In this document: piece by piece, positions 60,368 to 64,000 of the stretch
Layout of the letters: the number at the start of each line of letters is the position of its first letter
Numbering within the stretch: the stretch's first letter is position 1
Assembly: GCA_965249435.1 (NCBI GenBank)
Contig: CBDFMC010000024.1
Span: forward strand, 134,588-198,587
Reading direction: 5' to 3'
From: Lacipirellulaceae bacterium
Lineage (GTDB): Bacteria; Planctomycetota; Planctomycetia; Pirellulales; Lacipirellulaceae
DNA: 64,000 nucleotides
Notes under the pieces: generated by a model
What the model saw: the letters and a program-made list of their open reading frames with translations, nothing else
Told to the model about the DNA's origin: nothing
Databases searched by the model: none
Made by a program: the position numbers and the translations under genes

Positions 60368-60961
60368 CTATCTGAATAGTGCTGCGAGGTCGCGCGGGAT
60401 GCGGCGCGTAATGAGCTTGTTGAAGCAGGTCGCGAGCCGGTCGGCCGCTTCGCGTGTGACCTTTTCATGGTCGTTGCCGAAGATGGGCGTTTCGCCGGTT
60501 GGGAAAAGAAACGCGAGCGGGGCGTGTCGCGTTGGCAGGTCGACGAGCGGGACCTTGTCGACCGGCTCGTCCATCTGGACATTGAAGTCGTACACCCAGA
60601 ATTCGTCGAAATTGCAGAGAATGGTGTACTGCGGACGATCTGGCACAAGCCGCGTCCAGTAGTCGAACGCCTGGCGGTAGTGCTTGGCAAGGTTTGCTCC
60701 TCGCTTCTTCATTTCGATCAGTACAACCGGCTTCCAAACGTAGTCGGCGAACGCCGTCCCGCCGCCATCTTCGGTCGACTTTCGGATACGAAACTCGGGC
60801 GTGCCGCCGACTTCCAAGCAGCCCTTTTGTCCGAATGCCTGAAAAAGGCGGTCGAGGTAGATTTGGGCTTGCCCCTTTTCATCCCCGGTGACATGTTCTC
60901 CTACCCAGGCGACAAAGGCAATCAGGCGTTCTTCTCGTACATCCATGAACAAAGTATGCAC
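60368..60961 (-). pseudogene. MmeI-family N-terminal PD-(D/E)XK endonuclease domain (standalone 197 aa ORF that ends at an amber codon)
   Basis: FADYVWKPVVLIEMKKRGANLAKHYRQAFDYWTRLVPDRPQYTILCNFDEFWVYDF aligns with the MmeI region FVDLFWPGILLIEMKSRGKDLDKAYDQALDYF...RYVLVCDFQRF, including the D...EXK catalytic residues. Confidence 0.6.
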
Positions 60962-61190
60962 ATCCAGAGTGTGCTAACAACCTGGCGAGAATGTGCGAGG
61001 CACAAGTTTTTTGGCTCCAACAGGCCTCGCCCACACATTCAATATCCCCGAAATACCGGGCGGTCGTTCGGAAGAGTCGCTCGACCTTGGTGAATTGAGG
61101 CTGAAGAGCGTGCCGCGCGAGAACGTCCGCCAATAGCGCATGTGGAGTGGTCGCGTTACGGCTTTTGGATTGATTCGCAGCGACCGAGCG

Positions 61191-62042
61191 CTACCCGGCC
61201 TTGCGTTTCGTCTGTTGAGCAGTTGGCGCATCGTCGGTCCGATGCAGTCGGATGGCGGCTTTCGGCGGCCGGCGTCGTTCTTGGGCAAAGCCTCGTTTGC
61301 CCTGGCGAAAATAGGGAGCAAAAACCGCAGCGGGACCTGTGGAATAGGCGTCGTCCAACGCAGCCACGGTTTCATCGAATGACAATCCTTGCCGGTAGAT
61401 CAACCGATAAGCGGCCTTGAGCTCGGCCACTTCCTCGCGCGAGTATCCGGCCCGTCGCAGGCCGACACGGTTGAGACCGACGATCATGGCGGTATCGGCG
61501 TCGGTCAGCATAAAAGGTGGCACATCTTGGGTCACTTTGGCACGGGCAGCGACCATCGCCAATCGGCCTACGCGACAAAACTGATGCACCGCGACTGCAC
61601 CGCCCAGGCAGGCTTGATCTTGGATCTCGACATGCCCGCCCAAGAGGATGTTGTTTGTGAGAATCACTTGGTTGCCCACCAGGCAATCGTGGGCCACGTG
61701 GGCGCCGATCATCAGCAGACAATCATCCCCAATGCGGGTGACATCTCCTTCGTGTAGGGCACGGTTGACGGTTGCCTGTTCACGAATCATGTTCCGCTGA
61801 CCGATTTGCAGCTTCCCCGACTTCTTCGGCAGATTGGTATGCTGAGGCAGCCCACCCAACACAGCGCCCTCCAGAATGGTCGTCCCACTGCCAATGGTGG
61901 TCCCCTGTTTCACAACCACATGGGCCGCCAGCCGGCAACCGGCACCTAGGACAACATCCGATTCGATAATCGCGTAAGGGCCAATTTCGATGTCGTCGGC
62001 CAGTTGGGCTGCGGAGCTGACAATGGCAGAAGGATGAATCAT
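61191..62042 (-). CDS. lpxA: Acyl-ACP--UDP-N-acetylglucosamine O-acyltransferase
   Basis: MIHPSAIV...IGPYAII...hexapeptide repeats...HVAHDC..G...IL.NN..LGGHV...HQF..VG...V.QDVPPF, and the C-terminal helical domain. The start is taken at MIHPSAI (about 62040-62042). Confidence 0.85.
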   Translation of the reverse strand: MIHPSAIVSSAAQLADDIEIGPYAIIESDVVLGAGCRLAAHVVVKQGTTIGSGTTILEGAVLGGLPQHTNLPKKSGKLQIGQRNMIREQATVNRALHEGDVTRIGDDCLLMIGAHVAHDCLVGNQVILTNNILLGGHVEIQDQACLGGAVAVHQFCRVGRLAMVAARAKVTQDVPPFMLTDADTAMIVGLNRVGLRRAGYSREEVAELKAAYRLIYRQGLSFDETVAALDDAYSTGPAAVFAPYFRQGKRGFAQERRRPPKAAIRLHRTDDAPTAQQTKRKAG

Positions 62043-62332
62043 CACTGGTTGGGTCCTCGGCGAGGCAGAGCAATGCGGCAAGAGGCAGGCAAGAGAGCTG
62101 TGGCGCCCTTGCCCACGAGGGTGGCGCCGGCGGGGGGGCGTGCCACTACGGGTGTTATCGGCTCTAGGGCTTGTAGCGGATTAACGGAATGCGGAATACG
62201 GAACAGCCGTGCCGCAACGCGGCACACGGCAAGGAATGCGGGATGAGGGATTCCAGACCTTGGGTTTCCGTGCTAGACTGCCCTCCTCGAATGCTAGCAC
62301 TCAATAAACGAGGGTGTTCGGGAATTACGAAT

Positions 62333-62413
62333 GAAAGCCCTCGGCTTTGCCGGGGGGTTGCCGAGAATTCGAGTCTACACTGCTACCACCCCCCGGCAAA
62401 GCCGGGGGCTTCC
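62333..62413. repeat. Family A repeat, tight inverted pair with conserved spacer (the same unit as 5174-5253)
   Basis: GAAAGCCCTCGGCTTTGCCGGGGGGTTGCCGAGAATTCGAGTCTACACTGCTACCACCCCCCGGCAAAGCCGGGGGCTTCCA. Confidence 0.85.
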
Positions 62414-62462
62414 ATGGAAACAATTCCCAGACACCCTCAATTAAACTGGAGATCTTCCGGCT

Positions 62463-62798
62463 GTGTCAGACCCTGTAAAACTCTATGATCAGGCCGACGC
62501 TCTCAAGGAGCAAGGCAAACTGGACGAGGCGGTCGCTAAGCTCAACGAGGCGTTGGCTATCGATGGAAATTACGCGCTGGCCCACTCCGCGCTGGCTATT
62601 CTATTGCAGAAACTGGGCAAGAATGAAGAGGCGGTCCAACATGCTCAGCGTGTTTGCGAGTTGGAGCCAAGCGACCCGTTCAGCTACACATCCATGAGCG
62701 TTATCTGCCAACGCGTTTATGCCGGCACGCAAAATACGGAATTTATCCGTCTGGCCGAGGAAGCAATGGAACGCAGCCGACAATTGGCACAAGGATGA
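62463..62798 (+). CDS. Small TPR-repeat protein
   Basis: TPR-like helical repeats (AVAKLNEALAIDGNYALAHSALAILLQKLGKNEEAVQHAQRVCELEP). 111 aa. Confidence 0.6.
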   Translation: MSDPVKLYDQADALKEQGKLDEAVAKLNEALAIDGNYALAHSALAILLQKLGKNEEAVQHAQRVCELEPSDPFSYTSMSVICQRVYAGTQNTEFIRLAEEAMERSRQLAQG

Positions 62799-62815
62799 AA
62801 AGCTGTTAGCGATTA

Positions 62816-63062
62816 GGCGAGCGGCAATTGAAAATTTACCAGAATACTAGCACGACGCGCAAGCAAGTGTGTGCTAGACCCACTTGCTTGCGCTGCGTGC
62901 TGGTAATTTTTAATCTGCAGCCCACCTAGTGCTTGGTGGGAATCTCTAATAATTGCCGCATAAGCAGCTAGCAGTGTGTTTGCGCTCGGCATTCACGCAG
63001 CTAGCTTTGCCGAAAATTGAATTATTAGAGGTACCCTGGTAAATACTCATCTGCCGCTCGCC
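62816..63062. repeat. Family C MITE-like element (about 247 bp) with terminal inverted repeats GGCGAGCGGCAAT / TGCCGCTCGCC and flanking direct repeats
   Basis: Its ends match 35688-35811 and 44140-44251. Its interior carries the hairpin ACCAGAATACTAGCACGACGCGCAAGCAAGTG...CACTTGCTTGCGCTGCGTGCTGGTA. The flanking sequence GCTGTTAGCGATTA(G) is directly repeated at 62802-62815 and 63065-63080. Confidence 0.75.
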
Positions 63063-63137
63063 TTAGCTGTTAGCGATTAGCCAGAAAGGGAAGACGGAAG
63101 CTGCTGTGTATTTTTTGGCTAACCGCTAATTGCTTCC

Positions 63138-63566
63138 TCACGCTTGCGCCGTCGGTTTTCCAACCACACGCTTCTGCACATCCGTTTCCAGCACGCCGAA
63201 AGCTTGCTCATGGCGTTGCACGGATAAATGCAGTGCATGGAGCATCCGTTTGGCGGTGTAGTAATTCGTTACAATCCGCTGGGTGACCTTCATCGGTTCG
63301 GTGGGAACACCGAATGGCTGCGAATTCAAACCGAAATCGATGATCAGCTCTTCCGGCGTCCCCGTAACGCGACAAAAATTCGCATAGGCACACACGGCCT
63401 CCGAATCGTCGACCTGCACACGTTGCCCTTGCTGAGCATCCTGTCCCTGGGCGGAGGGGGCTTTGCCTTCAGGCTTGGATTCCGGTGTATTGGCTTGTGT
63501 CTTCGGATCGGCCGATTTTTTTTCGTCTGCCACGTTTTTACTCCCGTTTGCTGTTATGTTGGTCAA
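63138..63566 (-). CDS. DUF3467-like protein (putative)
   Basis: The C-terminal region YANFCRVTGTPEELIIDFGLN resembles the DUF3467 core. The N-terminus is low-complexity and K/Q/E-rich. Confidence 0.45.
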   Translation of the reverse strand: MTNITANGSKNVADEKKSADPKTQANTPESKPEGKAPSAQGQDAQQGQRVQVDDSEAVCAYANFCRVTGTPEELIIDFGLNSQPFGVPTEPMKVTQRIVTNYYTAKRMLHALHLSVQRHEQAFGVLETDVQKRVVGKPTAQA

Positions 63567-63674
63567 CGCAAGCCGGCCCTATCGTGCCAGCGTGTAAAGA
63601 AGCAGTTTACAACAAAACAGGCAGCGGTGCCATGGGCCTGGAAGAAGAATGACCTGGGTGAACTGCAAAGTCGC

Positions 63675-63810
63675 AATTTCAGCCCCCGGCTTTGCCGGGG
63701 GGTTGCGGAACGATCACCGTCTCTACCAAGCATGGCTTTTCCCTGAGAGCATTTTCCCAAAAGCAACAATTTCCCGAAGGCAACCCCCCGGCAAAGCCGG
63801 GGGCTGAAAT
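63675..63810. repeat. Family A composite repeat, inverted pair with a ~72 bp spacer (the same arrangement as 3499-3635)
   Basis: Reverse core at 63675-63706 and forward core at 63779-63810. The spacer shares CCAMCAAGCAGAGCATTTCC-like sequence with the other loci. The companion motif AGCCACTCAATTCCCTGAAGAACC follows at 63843-63866. Confidence 0.85.
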
Positions 63811-64000
63811 GAGGCTTCTTCATTGCAACAGTCAGCAATAGCCACTCAATTCCCTGAAGAACCTGTTTTTCATTGGTCATTGGTCATTTTCCTTTTGTCG
63901 AACACTCAGAATCACACTCTCGCCCCCCGTCCCCGGCATGGGATAGGTAGCCGCCTTGCGGAGTTGAAGCGCCTTAAGCAAACCGCGACGACGCGCCTCG

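Overview
This 64 kb window has about 55% GC and looks like a planctomycete (Rhodopirellula/Pirellula-like) chromosomal segment. Supporting this: PEP-CTERM proteins, a Rhodopirellula-type ISAzo13 transposase, several families of short palindromic dispersed repeats, and weak Shine-Dalgarno usage. The backbone is housekeeping genes: polyphosphate kinase (ppk), FtsH, ADP-glucose pyrophosphorylase (glgC), leuS, valS, a homoserine dehydrogenase / apgM-like 'proposed homoserine kinase' / aspartokinase cluster, LeuA/CimA-family synthase, flotillin, lpxD-lpxI and a separate lpxA, trpC, pgk, nagB, a Crp/Fnr regulator, and an Hpt protein plus response regulator. The accessory load is heavy. Five IS elements of four families are present: an IS4/IS701-like DDE transposase, a frameshifted ISAzo13-like element, an IS50-like element with a 9 bp target duplication inserted into a palindromic repeat, and an IS66 element with an 8 bp target duplication inserted into a DNA methyltransferase gene. 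There is a decayed MmeI-family (type IIL) restriction-modification locus, a DUF433/DUF5615 toxin-antitoxin-like pair, a cysteine-rich secreted repeat protein, and at least four families of REP/MITE-like repeats. A roughly 4.5 kb stretch (36.8-41.3 kb) has very low coding density and holds a frameshifted sigma-54 activator flanked by inverted repeats and an 18 nt tandem repeat. The most interesting unexplained cluster is DUF4954-like hexapeptide protein / LeuA-HMGL-like synthase / acyl carrier protein / NagB-like deaminase (46.5-51.3 kb). All calls are from reading the sequence and remembered family motifs; no database searches were run.
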